From a virus, in the IMG/VR virus record IMGVR_UViG_3300048591_000147, positions 1 through 64,000 of that record: DNA of 64,000 nucleotides; one strand, written 5' to 3'. The notes beneath the pieces are model-generated. The model was given only the letters and a program-made list of their open reading frames with translations, ran no database searches and had not been told where the DNA came from. Positions 54,980-63,910 of the stretch are shown here, piece after piece (position 1 is the first letter of the stretch; each line of letters starts with the position of its first letter). The position numbers and the translations under genes were made by a program.

Positions 54980-55054
54980 GCCCATTTAGCTCAGAGAAAG
55001 AGCAGCGATAGCGTATAGCGGCGAGCGCGGGTTCAAGTCCCGTAGTGGGCTCCA
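54980..55054 (+). tRNA. tRNA-like gene (acceptor gcccatt/agtgggc, D arm gctc/gagc, T arm gcggg-ttcaagt-cccgt, CCA); anticodon arm not foldable by eye
   Basis: 75 nt. The region 'gcgatagcgtatagcgg' lacks complementarity. Confidence 0.35.
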
Positions 55055-55077
55055 AATTATACAGGAATATTGGCTTT

Positions 55078-55488
55078 ATGATGTCTGCAAATGGTTTAAC
55101 AAAATTGATGGAAGAATGTGGTGAACTAGTTCAGATATGCGCGAAGAAAATTGCCTATTATGATAGTGATGATCACCCGGATGGTAAAGGTTCCATGAGA
55201 ACCAGAATGACTGAAGAGATGGGTGATGTGCTTGCAGCAATAGCATTCGTTGTAAGAAAATTTGAGATCAATCAAGACACTCTTGACGCCAGAAAAAAGA
55301 AAAAGCTAGAACTATTTCTAGAATGGGATAACCGTGATTCCAACATTGCTGACGGTTGTGACTTTAATAATGTCAATTTGAAGAAAGTCCTTAAGACGTT
55401 GGAGTTCGAACGAGACAACATAAAACATATGAGTGTGATCAACGCAGAGCTTCGTAAGCGTATCAAAGAGCTTGAGACTGCTAGTTGA
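55078..55488 (+). CDS. mazG: MazG-like nucleoside triphosphate pyrophosphohydrolase
   Basis: 'EECGELVQI' and 'EEMGDVLAAIAF' EExxE/D motifs. ATG chosen downstream of the tRNA-like gene (the ORF-track GTG start lies inside the tRNA). Confidence 0.6.
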   Translation: MMSANGLTKLMEECGELVQICAKKIAYYDSDDHPDGKGSMRTRMTEEMGDVLAAIAFVVRKFEINQDTLDARKKKKLELFLEWDNRDSNIADGCDFNNVNLKKVLKTLEFERDNIKHMSVINAELRKRIKELETAS

Positions 55489-55539
55489 CAACCGCCCTGT
55501 ACGTCTCTATCATGTGTCAACACTTACGGAATCTTAGAA

Positions 55540-55794
55540 ATGTTTACATATTTTTTAATTTGGTACGTCGCACCAGCAATCTTACTATCGATTATCCATA
55601 ATTATGATGTTTTCATAAAAAAGGCAACGAATTATTCAATCAGAGAATACATTATAGGCGTAATTTGGTGTCTAGTACCAGTAGCAAATATTGTCTTTTT
55701 TCTTGGATGTATAATTTCGGATATTCATGCATTCCTCACGAATGGTAGATTTTCAGATTGGTTAGATAAATCTATTAATAACTATAGGAAGTAA
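55540..55794 (+). CDS. 2-TM small membrane protein, tandem family member 1 (84 aa)
   Basis: TM1, 'NY' loop, TM2 with 'PV.N(I/V)', C-terminal 'WLDK'. Five contiguous paralogs. Confidence 0.55.
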   Translation: MFTYFLIWYVAPAILLSIIHNYDVFIKKATNYSIREYIIGVIWCLVPVANIVFFLGCIISDIHAFLTNGRFSDWLDKSINNYRK

Positions 55795-55795
55795 G

Positions 55796-56065
55796 ATGAT
55801 GCTATTTTTTACTTTAATATACGTTATACCAACTGTGTTTATGCTCTGTTTCAACCACTATGAGATCGTATATAGCAGTTGTAGGGCTTACACGAATGCA
55901 GAATACTTGTTCGGTGTACTAATCTCTTTCGTACCAATCATCAATGCTGTAATGATGTTGTCATTACTGTCTATGTATGTAGAAAATTGGAATTTACTAA
56001 GTCGATTTACCAATAAAATAACCAAGTGGTTGGATACTCCAGTTAAAAAAGGAAAGTTGTCATGA
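55796..56065 (+). CDS. 2-TM small membrane protein, member 2 (89 aa)
   Basis: As above. 'WLDTPVKK'. Confidence 0.55.
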   Translation: MMLFFTLIYVIPTVFMLCFNHYEIVYSSCRAYTNAEYLFGVLISFVPIINAVMMLSLLSMYVENWNLLSRFTNKITKWLDTPVKKGKLS

Positions 56066-56325
56066 GTTCAATTGCAATATTTGTAGTAGTTTACCTAATA
56101 CCTTGCGTGATTATTTTATCAATCATGAATTATAGCGTTTTCATTAACAAAGAAGAAGTAACAATCGGCGGGTATATCGGTTTCACAGTATTAGCGCTGT
56201 TCCCAGTAATGAACGTTATTGTGTGTATGGCATTCATAATAATGTATATCGATGAATTTGCCATGAACTGTAAAGCAATAGACAGATTTAAAGCATGGCT
56301 GGATAAGCCGCTACTAAAACGATAG
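56062..56325 (+). CDS. 2-TM small membrane protein, member 3 (87 aa)
   Basis: As above. 'WLDKPLLKR'. Confidence 0.55.
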   Translation: MSSIAIFVVVYLIPCVIILSIMNYSVFINKEEVTIGGYIGFTVLALFPVMNVIVCMAFIIMYIDEFAMNCKAIDRFKAWLDKPLLKR

Positions 56326-56337
56326 GAATAATGTGTT

Positions 56338-56586
56338 ATGATGATGATTGTAGTATTTGGATATATTTTACCACTAATAGTTACACTGGCTTGTCTAAAC
56401 TATTACACATTCGTGTATAAGAAAGAGATCATTACGATAACCCAATACGCTTGTGTGACAGTTGCCGCACTGGCGCCCGTGCTGAATTTGATGGCCGCGA
56501 TTATAGGTACGGGGTTCATAGTTGAAGAGACAACATTGTTTGACGGTATTAAAAAAGTTTTAAGCAAACCAATCAACAGGGATTAA
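56338..56586 (+). CDS. 2-TM small membrane protein, member 4 (82 aa)
   Basis: As above. 'LSKPINRD'. Confidence 0.55.
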   Translation: MMMIVVFGYILPLIVTLACLNYYTFVYKKEIITITQYACVTVAALAPVLNLMAAIIGTGFIVEETTLFDGIKKVLSKPINRD

Positions 56587-56587
56587 T

Positions 56588-56851
56588 ATGATTTTACTTT
56601 CGATATGGCTAGTTCCAGCGATCATTAGCTTGATCTGCCTCTTCATTGCGATAGTCATTCAAAAGATGACAGGATTTAATAGGTTTAATGTAATCGTATT
56701 AGCTTTACTGTCATTTGCGCCTGTAATGAATATGTTTTTAGCTGCAATTGGAATGATTCAAGTTTTGATATCTAGTAGATTCTATCCAAAAATTGAAGAA
56801 TGGAGTGATTCGGCATCTAGTTGGTTGACTAAACCAATAAACAAGGATTGA
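56588..56851 (+). CDS. 2-TM small membrane protein, member 5 (87 aa)
   Basis: As above. 'WLTKPINKD'. Confidence 0.55.
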   Translation: MILLSIWLVPAIISLICLFIAIVIQKMTGFNRFNVIVLALLSFAPVMNMFLAAIGMIQVLISSRFYPKIEEWSDSASSWLTKPINKD

Positions 56852-56852
56852 C

Positions 56853-57023
56853 ATGGACGCAGAAGAGATTAAAGAATTGATAAGAGATTATATTAAAGAT
56901 AGTCTCAGCATAGAAATTAGAAGATCTTACGATTATGGGTTCGGTGGTGATACTGATGTGCGTCTGGAAGTCAAGCTATTTTTAGGTAGCGATCAGATAT
57001 CATCTGATTATATTACATTGTAG
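56853..57023 (+). CDS. Small acidic protein (56 aa), paralog of 57034..57189
   Basis: 'MDAEEIKELIRDYIKDSL' vs 'MDKEELKEYLRDNLKVRV'. Below the ORF-track cutoff. Confidence 0.35.
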   Translation: MDAEEIKELIRDYIKDSLSIEIRRSYDYGFGGDTDVRLEVKLFLGSDQISSDYITL

Positions 57024-57033
57024 TGAGAATACT

Positions 57034-57189
57034 ATGGACAAAGAAGAACTTAAAGAGTATCTTAGGGATAACCTTAAGGTGCGCGTAAAGGCCGAATACG
57101 GTGACTATGATGGCACACCGTCATCATTCTCTGTTAGACTCTTCTTAGAAGATGAAGAGATTTCCTACGATAATGATTCTCTACGCTAA
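57034..57189 (+). CDS. Small acidic protein (51 aa), paralog of 56853..57023
   Basis: See above. Confidence 0.35.
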   Translation: MDKEELKEYLRDNLKVRVKAEYGDYDGTPSSFSVRLFLEDEEISYDNDSLR

Positions 57190-57213
57190 TAATTCAATTA
57201 AGGATTAAGGTAA

Positions 57214-58206
57214 ATGGGCTGCTATAACAACACATGCGGAATCTCACAATTTCCCATCATTGCCGGTGATAAGACTGTAAACTTTATCATTGTATCTACA
57301 TCTTGGAAGACTGATCCTCGTCCTTCCTATATGAATACCGCTTGGAACGTAATTCCAATTCCATTTTATGGAGAGTATGACGATTATGGTTGGCAAAAAG
57401 ATGATAAGAAACAACAACTTAAATACAAGTTTTTGTCAAACTTTTATAAAGGTCAGTTAGTCTGCATGGACGCTGATAGGGCTAGCCGTGATAAGATCGA
57501 AGACCCGTTCAAAGATAATAAATCACTGGGTAGTTCCATCCATGGTAATGTTTGGCATATTAATAATCCATGGCATGAGCAAGACATCGCGAATGAGTCA
57601 CCCACCAGAACAATTTCCAATTTTATGGTGAGCCGTACAGTCCTTGATACCTTAACTGAATCGGTCGTGGAAACGTACCCAACAGAGAAAGTATATACAA
57701 AGGCTGATTTCATCGAAACGTTGGATGAATTTTTTAAGCTGTCTGCAAATAATCCAAACGAACGTAGGTTTCAAGAGCTTTCCGAAAAGAAGAAAGTGCG
57801 TGAACTAGATGAAACAGAAAACAAAGAGTTTTATGAATTGATAGTCGAAAAGCTTCACGGTTTAAAGAAACACAATTTAGTACAAGAATTTCTTACTAAA
57901 AAATATGGTGAGAGAAGTTATTTCAATACGATGGGTGGGCTGTTGCGTTGGGTGACTGAACGTTCCGGTTCAGAGTGGCGCGATGAAATCAGTATGACTG
58001 AATTGTTAGAGGCCAATGTATTATCTTCGGAAGATATTGTTAATATGTTCTTGATGAAGAGTTCCATGGATACTCTTCGTAAGAGTTTTCATCCGATGTC
58101 TGGCTATGGTTCGCAGGAAGGATTTGGTGCTGCACATAGCAAGTTGATTGTAGCCATGCAAAAGATGATAGACTATGATAACGTCAGGTATGCGGAGTAC
58201 GAGTGA
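57214..58206 (+). CDS. Hypothetical protein (330 aa)
   Basis: ORF with SD 'aaggattaaggtaaatg'. Confidence 0.5.
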   Translation: MGCYNNTCGISQFPIIAGDKTVNFIIVSTSWKTDPRPSYMNTAWNVIPIPFYGEYDDYGWQKDDKKQQLKYKFLSNFYKGQLVCMDADRASRDKIEDPFKDNKSLGSSIHGNVWHINNPWHEQDIANESPTRTISNFMVSRTVLDTLTESVVETYPTEKVYTKADFIETLDEFFKLSANNPNERRFQELSEKKKVRELDETENKEFYELIVEKLHGLKKHNLVQEFLTKKYGERSYFNTMGGLLRWVTERSGSEWRDEISMTELLEANVLSSEDIVNMFLMKSSMDTLRKSFHPMSGYGSQEGFGAAHSKLIVAMQKMIDYDNVRYAEYE

Positions 58207-58300
58207 ACATATTTGTAGTAGATTACAATCTAAATTTTTGCATGAACTCACCACATAAAGCATAAATACTCTTGAAGTTGTTCAAAATCAGGAGCATAAT

Positions 58301-58885
58301 ATGAACACATGTAAAGAATGCGGAAAAGAAAGAAGAGAAGGTCGTCAATTTTGTTCTGTTGTATGTTCGAATACACATAAAGGTAGAATAATATTTAAAA
58401 TTAATGATGAAAAAGGTATACACAAAACATGTGTGACTTGCAACAAGTCTAAATGTCTCAACGCTTTTTCTTTCAACATACGAAATAATTTTGAATCTGG
58501 GAAAAAAGACCAGTGTAAACGTTGTGGTGCTAATATCCGAGAAACTAAGAGAAGAGATAGAACTTGGAAAGATGATGCGACACTAATAATGTTGTCCAAT
58601 TCTAGACAACGCGCAAAAAATGCGGGTATGGAGAACACATTAAAAAGATCTGACATCCAAATCCCAGATCTTTGTCCAGTATTTAATGTCCCCCTAATGC
58701 GTGAAGATAAAAGTACATGGCTGTATTCCCCATCGATAGACAGAATAGATAATACAAAAGGGTATACACCCGATAACATAGTAATTGTTAGTAGAAGAGC
58801 GAATATTTTAAAGAAAGACGCTACAATTGACGAATTAAGAATGATGCACGAATTTTACCAAAAATTATGGAGGGATAAGAATTAA
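58301..58885 (+). CDS. HNH endonuclease (HNH_3 type) with an N-terminal zinc finger
   Basis: 'CKECGK...CSVVC'. 'SIDRIDNTKGYTPDNIVIVSRRAN' HNH_3 signature. Confidence 0.6.
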   Translation: MNTCKECGKERREGRQFCSVVCSNTHKGRIIFKINDEKGIHKTCVTCNKSKCLNAFSFNIRNNFESGKKDQCKRCGANIRETKRRDRTWKDDATLIMLSNSRQRAKNAGMENTLKRSDIQIPDLCPVFNVPLMREDKSTWLYSPSIDRIDNTKGYTPDNIVIVSRRANILKKDATIDELRMMHEFYQKLWRDKN

Positions 58886-58946
58886 CATATTCATTGTAAA
58901 CTATAATCCAATTTTAGCTGCGCAACAACTAAATGATAAACATGTC

Positions 58947-59345
58947 GTGCGCATGCCGTTAGAAGGTTCCCAAATGCTATCTACTGTAATGCATCGCTAT
59001 GGTGTTGTGTGTACTTACAAGCCAACGCATCGTAATCATCCCTGTACGCTCTGGGCTGGCAACAGTAAGCAGAATTTCATCTGGCTATGGATTCATACCA
59101 TGGAACTGTTTAAAGAGTATACGCGACGTTACGGAAAGATTCATAAGAGCGAACAGTATATGAAGGAATACACATGCCCTGTGGAGATTCCTAATATTGG
59201 TCTAACTCCGTTTGCGCAGGCTATGCCTGACCAGTATAGACATGAAGATGCGGTCACCGCATATCGTAGTTATTATATTGGTGATAAATCTGGTTTTTCA
59301 ACGTGGAAGCTTGGTAACACTCCAGAGTGGTTCTTGACACAGTAA
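58947..59345 (+). CDS. Hypothetical protein (132 aa)
   Basis: ORF. Confidence 0.4.
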   Translation: MRMPLEGSQMLSTVMHRYGVVCTYKPTHRNHPCTLWAGNSKQNFIWLWIHTMELFKEYTRRYGKIHKSEQYMKEYTCPVEIPNIGLTPFAQAMPDQYRHEDAVTAYRSYYIGDKSGFSTWKLGNTPEWFLTQ

Positions 59346-59389
59346 CCAAATTATCCTATGATTGAGACAAACTCCAAAAGGAATTCACT

Positions 59390-59635
59390 ATGTTTTTCGT
59401 TATATATTTAATACTCGTTATCTGTAGCTTGTTTGGCATTTACAGATTAGTATATTTTAGTGACACCACCTACTTTAATTGGATAGGTTTAATTGCATCT
59501 ATATTTCTCAGTTTCGTTCCGTTTGTTAACTTGGCCATAGCAATTGCTTTTTGCGGAATTGCCATTGGAGAGACAGACCGCTGGAAGCGAATAGCGGAAT
59601 TTCTTGAGTCGTCTGTTAAACTTAAAAAGGATTGA
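59390..59635 (+). CDS. 2-TM small membrane protein, dispersed family member (81 aa)
   Basis: '...FVPFVNLAIAIAF...' and C-terminal '...LKKD', as in 55540..56851. Confidence 0.5.
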   Translation: MFFVIYLILVICSLFGIYRLVYFSDTTYFNWIGLIASIFLSFVPFVNLAIAIAFCGIAIGETDRWKRIAEFLESSVKLKKD

Positions 59636-59847
59636 TCATGAAATTGTCAGTTTCAGAACAGAAAACTAGAGAATTAATACAACCTATGTTGGATTTATTT
59701 GGTGGTGCGGATGGTGGTGTTGGTTTCGTAAGGATGCGTGCATTTATAAATGACATTATCGAGAAGACCGATAAGTCAGCTCTAGAATCACACTTCTTAT
59801 CTGACTTGGAAAGAATGTCAAGATTATGTGAAGGTATGATGAAATGA
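59632..59847 (+). CDS. Hypothetical protein (71 aa)
   Basis: ORF. Confidence 0.4.
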   Translation: MIMKLSVSEQKTRELIQPMLDLFGGADGGVGFVRMRAFINDIIEKTDKSALESHFLSDLERMSRLCEGMMK

Positions 59848-60191
59848 AGGATGATGTCTGGACTTTAAATAATGCTGCGCTGTTTTGCACGCTGCTAGAG
59901 GCTATTGCACCTTCATATGGTTTTCATGTAGCATTGACTGGTGGTTGTCTATACAAAGACGGTCCCCGAAAGGACTGTGATGTTATTTTGTATAGAATTA
60001 GAACAGATGGGCAGCCATCAACTACTCCCGTAGAAGAGCTATTAAAAGCCTTCAAAACTAAGATCGGAATTTCCAGACTGACGGATCATGGATTCGTTGT
60101 CAAGGCCGAATACGAAGGTAGACAGGTAGATTTTTTGATTCCTGAAAGCGAGCCTACGGAAGTTGATTATGCTGGTAACCACGGTGGATGA
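59844..60191 (+). CDS. Possible minimal nucleotidyltransferase (MNT-like)
   Basis: 'FHVALTGGCLYKDGPRKDCDVILY' fits GGx9-13DxD. Weak. Confidence 0.3.
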   Translation: MKDDVWTLNNAALFCTLLEAIAPSYGFHVALTGGCLYKDGPRKDCDVILYRIRTDGQPSTTPVEELLKAFKTKIGISRLTDHGFVVKAEYEGRQVDFLIPESEPTEVDYAGNHGG

Positions 60192-60351
60192 TTTATGTTA
60201 GATTACTATCCAGAATTTTCATGGCGTAAGGCGTCAACTAGACAAAGATTAAGACATTGTGTAAGTCAAGCGTCTTGGTTGTGCCTGCTACCAGTATTAT
60301 ACGTAATTGGAATGACGCAAAAGAAACGTAAACAACGAAGGACACAGAACA

Positions 60352-60702
60352 ATGACTGACGAAATTACTAAAGAATTGGGCAAGATCAAAAACGTGAAGT
60401 TTGGGCATGTTGGCTATAATGACGCAGGGCTGGGAATCCAATTTGAGCTAGGTGGTGAATCATGGGGTGTCTGCGACACCAAATGGACTTGGGATTACAA
60501 TCTAATTAAGCGTGATTCGCATACGCGATGGACAGAAGAAGAACGAGAAAAGCTTCATATTGAAATGCTTAAATTTATCTCTAACCTTCTGAGAGATGCC
60601 AAGGTGGACAGTATCGAAAAATTAAAAGGCAAACCAATTGAAGTGACATTCAGGGGCTTCAATACGCTAGATAGCTGGCGAATTCTTTCGGAAGTGCTAT
60701 GA
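60352..60702 (+). CDS. Hypothetical protein (116 aa)
   Basis: ORF. Confidence 0.45.
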   Translation: MTDEITKELGKIKNVKFGHVGYNDAGLGIQFELGGESWGVCDTKWTWDYNLIKRDSHTRWTEEEREKLHIEMLKFISNLLRDAKVDSIEKLKGKPIEVTFRGFNTLDSWRILSEVL

Positions 60703-60860
60703 AAGCCAGTGAACTAATTGATCGTCTAAAGCTCATGATAGAAGAGCAGGGTGATTACGAGGTTTTCTATTCAGATTACTGGCGTGGTGCTGAAGTTGTA
60801 CATTTTATCAAGATTGAATCTAATATCAGAAATAACGACAAAGTTATTCTATTATCTTAA
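60699..60860 (+). CDS. Small hypothetical protein (53 aa)
   Basis: ATGA overlap with the upstream stop. Confidence 0.3.
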   Translation: MKASELIDRLKLMIEEQGDYEVFYSDYWRGAEVVHFIKIESNIRNNDKVILLS

Positions 60861-60871
60861 AGGAAAGGTAT

Positions 60872-61090
60872 ATGTTTCTATTTTATGTTCTACCAATGAT
60901 TATCGTTCTACTGTCATTGTATTATTTCACATTCGTAGTTGATCCTGTTAAGATTCACAATGGGATGGTGGTGCTTCTATTTGCATGTGCTTTTATGCCG
61001 TTAATGAATATCTTGGTTGTGGGTGGACTGATTATCTTTTGGCTTATAGAAAGTGATTGGTCTAATAGCACGTTCCGAAAGCCATGGTAA
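60872..61090 (+). CDS. 2-TM small membrane protein, dispersed family member (72 aa)
   Basis: 'FMPLMNILVVGGL'. Confidence 0.45.
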   Translation: MFLFYVLPMIIVLLSLYYFTFVVDPVKIHNGMVVLLFACAFMPLMNILVVGGLIIFWLIESDWSNSTFRKPW

Positions 61091-61269
61091 GCGTCTGGGC
61101 GACATCATACAAATGCGCTGCATGCAACGATCAACTGATCAATATAACACAACTACAATATTCAGACCGCCCCGTAGTCAAATCGTTGAACCCGTGTAGC
61201 AACTGTGATAGAATACAGCAGATAGATAAGGACGTTCAAAATGATCTGGGACTCACCGCGCAAGAGTAA
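61084..61269 (+). CDS. Small Cys-containing protein (61 aa)
   Basis: 'CAACND...CSNCD'. Confidence 0.35.
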   Translation: MVSVWATSYKCAACNDQLINITQLQYSDRPVVKSLNPCSNCDRIQQIDKDVQNDLGLTAQE

Positions 61270-61459
61270 TGGCGATATATTTTATAAAACACATTTCTGC
61301 ATCATGCCATTTCCATATAAAGATAAAACATATTGGTTCGAAAAGTTGTACCTGAAAATGGAATACAATAGAACCTGTGGACCGGATGGCGAATGTGGTG
61401 ACAATCACAAAATTCTGGAATTGCGATTATCCCCCGAAGAAGGTGTAATTTACGAATGA
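61241..61459 (+). CDS. 'F..P...YW(F)E'-family mini-protein, member 5 (72 aa)
   Basis: 'FCIMPFPYKDKTYWFEKL'. Confidence 0.45.
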   Translation: MIWDSPRKSNGDIFYKTHFCIMPFPYKDKTYWFEKLYLKMEYNRTCGPDGECGDNHKILELRLSPEEGVIYE

Positions 61460-61656
61460 GTATGACATTTGCGCTCTTACTTGCTCTACATTTCTTATAC
61501 CACCTAATTGCTACTATTACAGTGGTGTACTCACTGTATCACTCTAATACCGTACACAAACGCGCGTGGTGGAAGTTAGCCGCAGCCTTTGCGTGGACTG
61601 CACTATCTGTGTATCTTGCAGTAGAAGTGTTTCTAGGCGCACACAATCATGTCTAG
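61456..61656 (+). CDS. Small 2-TM membrane protein (66 aa)
   Basis: Two hydrophobic helices. Confidence 0.4.
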   Translation: MSMTFALLLALHFLYHLIATITVVYSLYHSNTVHKRAWWKLAAAFAWTALSVYLAVEVFLGAHNHV

Positions 61657-61846
61657 AAAGAACAAAGTCTATAAAGAAAAAGCTAAGAAATCACTAGCAG
61701 ATCATGCGGATATCAATTGTGAAAAATGCGGTGCCGTGGGGTCGGAACATTCTTGCCCATATTCGGAAGAAATGAGTGGTACTGACGAATATTTTGCGTG
61801 TACCTGTTGCAGGGCATGTACCAGACAATGTGCAGAGGATATTTAA
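61649..61846 (+). CDS. Small Cys-rich (putative zinc-binding) protein (65 aa)
   Basis: 'CEKCG...CPY...CTCCRACTRQC'. Confidence 0.4.
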   Translation: MSRKNKVYKEKAKKSLADHADINCEKCGAVGSEHSCPYSEEMSGTDEYFACTCCRACTRQCAEDI

Positions 61847-61847
61847 A

Positions 61848-62072
61848 ATGAAAGTCAAAAACGAAAAGACGATTACGCTATCTGCGAAACAGTTAGAAAT
61901 GATATTGAATAATATGTTTGTGGCTGAATTTGCTCCTAGCACGAAGTTACAAATCTCATTTTTGCTAGAGCCCTATGGCGATGATGAAGACCGATTCAGC
62001 AGATACAGGCTTGACCGTGTCACTGTATCTGGCGTCGAAGAACTCGAATGGAATAAAAATCATGAGCACTAA
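61848..62072 (+). CDS. Hypothetical protein (74 aa)
   Basis: ATG after the upstream stop (internal start of ORF 61776..62072). Confidence 0.4.
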   Translation: MKVKNEKTITLSAKQLEMILNNMFVAEFAPSTKLQISFLLEPYGDDEDRFSRYRLDRVTVSGVEELEWNKNHEH

Positions 62073-62253
62073 ATTCAAATATCTAATCAGAGATTATTCA
62101 AGAGTTAACTATAATAGTATGCTTATTGAACGCAACATCAATATCCTCGGAGATGATGGATGGGAATTAGTAAGTGTTAGATGGGAAGGCGATCTCACGC
62201 AGTGTTTCTTTAAGAAAACTATAAATATTATAGCAAACACTGGACCGAGATGA
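62062..62253 (+). CDS. Hypothetical protein (63 aa)
   Basis: Internal start of ORF 61975..62253. Confidence 0.35.
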   Translation: MSTKFKYLIRDYSRVNYNSMLIERNINILGDDGWELVSVRWEGDLTQCFFKKTINIIANTGPR

Positions 62254-62561
62254 AACGACCATTAAAATTGTCAATTAAATTAGATCTACCTTGCGGATGT
62301 GTGGAAGAACACACCTTTGATGAGGGAGAGATAGTATATTTTATTGAGCGCGAAGATAAATTATTAGATCAAGAACTATTTGGTTTCTGGATCAACCAGA
62401 AGATCAACAAACACCTGTGCGTTGCATCTACCGAAGATGTGGAAAGATATTTATTATTGGTTGTGAACGAAGCTTATAGAGACAGAACTGACTATGAAGA
62501 AGATGTAGTCAGATTTTTAGCCAACATGTACGCGAAGAAAGAGCGTAAGAAAATTGTATGA
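62250..62561 (+). CDS. Hypothetical protein (103 aa)
   Basis: ORF. Confidence 0.45.
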   Translation: MKRPLKLSIKLDLPCGCVEEHTFDEGEIVYFIEREDKLLDQELFGFWINQKINKHLCVASTEDVERYLLLVVNEAYRDRTDYEEDVVRFLANMYAKKERKKIV

Positions 62562-62734
62562 CTTTATTTTACATTCTCCCACTAATAGTATTAATCACAA
62601 TCGCCTGCTCAATTGACCATAGTTCTTTTGATGGTATAATTTTATTTGTTATAGCATTTGTCCCGATCATAAACATCCTTGTTCTGGTCTTCCTACTTTA
62701 TTTGTTTATAACTTCCTACAGAAATCCTAATTAA
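62558..62734 (+). CDS. 2-TM small membrane protein, short family member (58 aa, below the ORF-track cutoff)
   Basis: ATGA overlap. 'MTLFYILPLIVLITIACSIDHSSFDGIILFVIAFVPIINILVLVFLLYLFI'. Confidence 0.4.
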   Translation: MTLFYILPLIVLITIACSIDHSSFDGIILFVIAFVPIINILVLVFLLYLFITSYRNPN

Positions 62735-63258
62735 AAGAATTTCTTGAACCTATCCTTCCATGATGGAGGGGTTGTGCTAGGATCGGATGCTGTCTGAGCT
62801 TTAAGAGAGGCAGCAGCTTCTGGTGATGTATTACGAGGTCCAACATTCAATGGAGCCAATGAACCGACATTTCGCCCGTTGCTGTTCTGTTCCATTTCAT
62901 AATTATATCGGATATTATCTACGATATCATCGACAAGTTTGCCAGCGGTCTGTAGGTTGCTCATGATACGAGAGGTATTCTTTTTGACAGATTCCTTTCC
63001 AGCTTTGTATTTCTCTAGAGCTTCAGGGTCTTTGGCAAACTTTTCTTTATCCATTAAATAGAATTTGCTTAATTTCTTGACCAGTGCCATTCCACGTCTA
63101 GCGGCTTCCAATCGTGCGACAGCTAAATCAAACTGCTGATCTATGTCCATGCCTTCAGGAAGATCGCCTGTACCCTCGTTGATCTTCTCTAATTCATTCT
63201 GAAGGATTTCAACTTGAGTAGAACTCAAGTTGTCCTGTATCTCTTTAATTAAACTCAT
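62731..63258 (-). CDS. Hypothetical protein (175 aa), coiled-coil N-terminus
   Basis: ORF. Confidence 0.45.
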   Translation of the reverse strand: MSLIKEIQDNLSSTQVEILQNELEKINEGTGDLPEGMDIDQQFDLAVARLEAARRGMALVKKLSKFYLMDKEKFAKDPEALEKYKAGKESVKKNTSRIMSNLQTAGKLVDDIVDNIRYNYEMEQNSNGRNVGSLAPLNVGPRNTSPEAAASLKAQTASDPSTTPPSWKDRFKKFF

Positions 63259-63292
63259 TTATCGATTCCTTAGATTTAATATATTTATCACA

Positions 63293-63910
63293 TTATGGAC
63301 TTATTTCGTCTAGAATAACCTGAGTGCCACGAATCGAAGCGATTCTGTATTTCTTAAAATCGATGGTATAAATCTTGTCGTGGAGAAAGGTGTCGTATTC
63401 GTGAGGAAGGTATTTTTTCAAAAATTTGGCTTTTGACATCCTAACACCTTCAACATAATACAAATATTGTGGTTTCTTCTGATCTGGATACTGAGTTATG
63501 GAAGCTGGGCCAGATATATTATGCTGTTTATGTCTAATCCACCACTCCCGATGAACGATTGAACCATCTTCAGCATAATAAATCACAGCAGGACCGTTTT
63601 CTCTATGTAATTTTCCTGCACGGTGCCAACGCTCAACGTCTGGCTGACCATTTCGATGATATGTTATCATTGCGGGTAAATCATTGCCCCTATGAAGAGC
63701 ACCATCAATGTAATATTCTTCTATTATCTTAAAGTTGGGTGTTGTGTGTACACCAAATCGTTGGACGGCTGGACCTGTTTCACAATGAAATATTTCACGC
63801 TCCGCATCTTTATATTTGTTTGCTTCAGCTAATCGCATTGGGTTATCGTAATAAATGTGCCCAACGAAACAACCATCAATAAATCCAAGGTCTTTGTAAA
63901 TTCTAGCCAT
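63293..63910 (-). CDS. MORN-variant repeat protein (second copy)
   Basis: 'GPA...' repeats as in 41080..41547. Confidence 0.5.
   Translation of the reverse strand: MARIYKDLGFIDGCFVGHIYYDNPMRLAEANKYKDAEREIFHCETGPAVQRFGVHTTPNFKIIEEYYIDGALHRGNDLPAMITYHRNGQPDVERWHRAGKLHRENGPAVIYYAEDGSIVHREWWIRHKQHNISGPASITQYPDQKKPQYLYYVEGVRMSKAKFLKKYLPHEYDTFLHDKIYTIDFKKYRIASIRGTQVILDEISP

Noticed and set aside
58345-58779. 144-aa minus-strand ORF
   Set aside because: It lies fully inside the HNH endonuclease gene 58301..58885(+), which has clear catalytic motifs.
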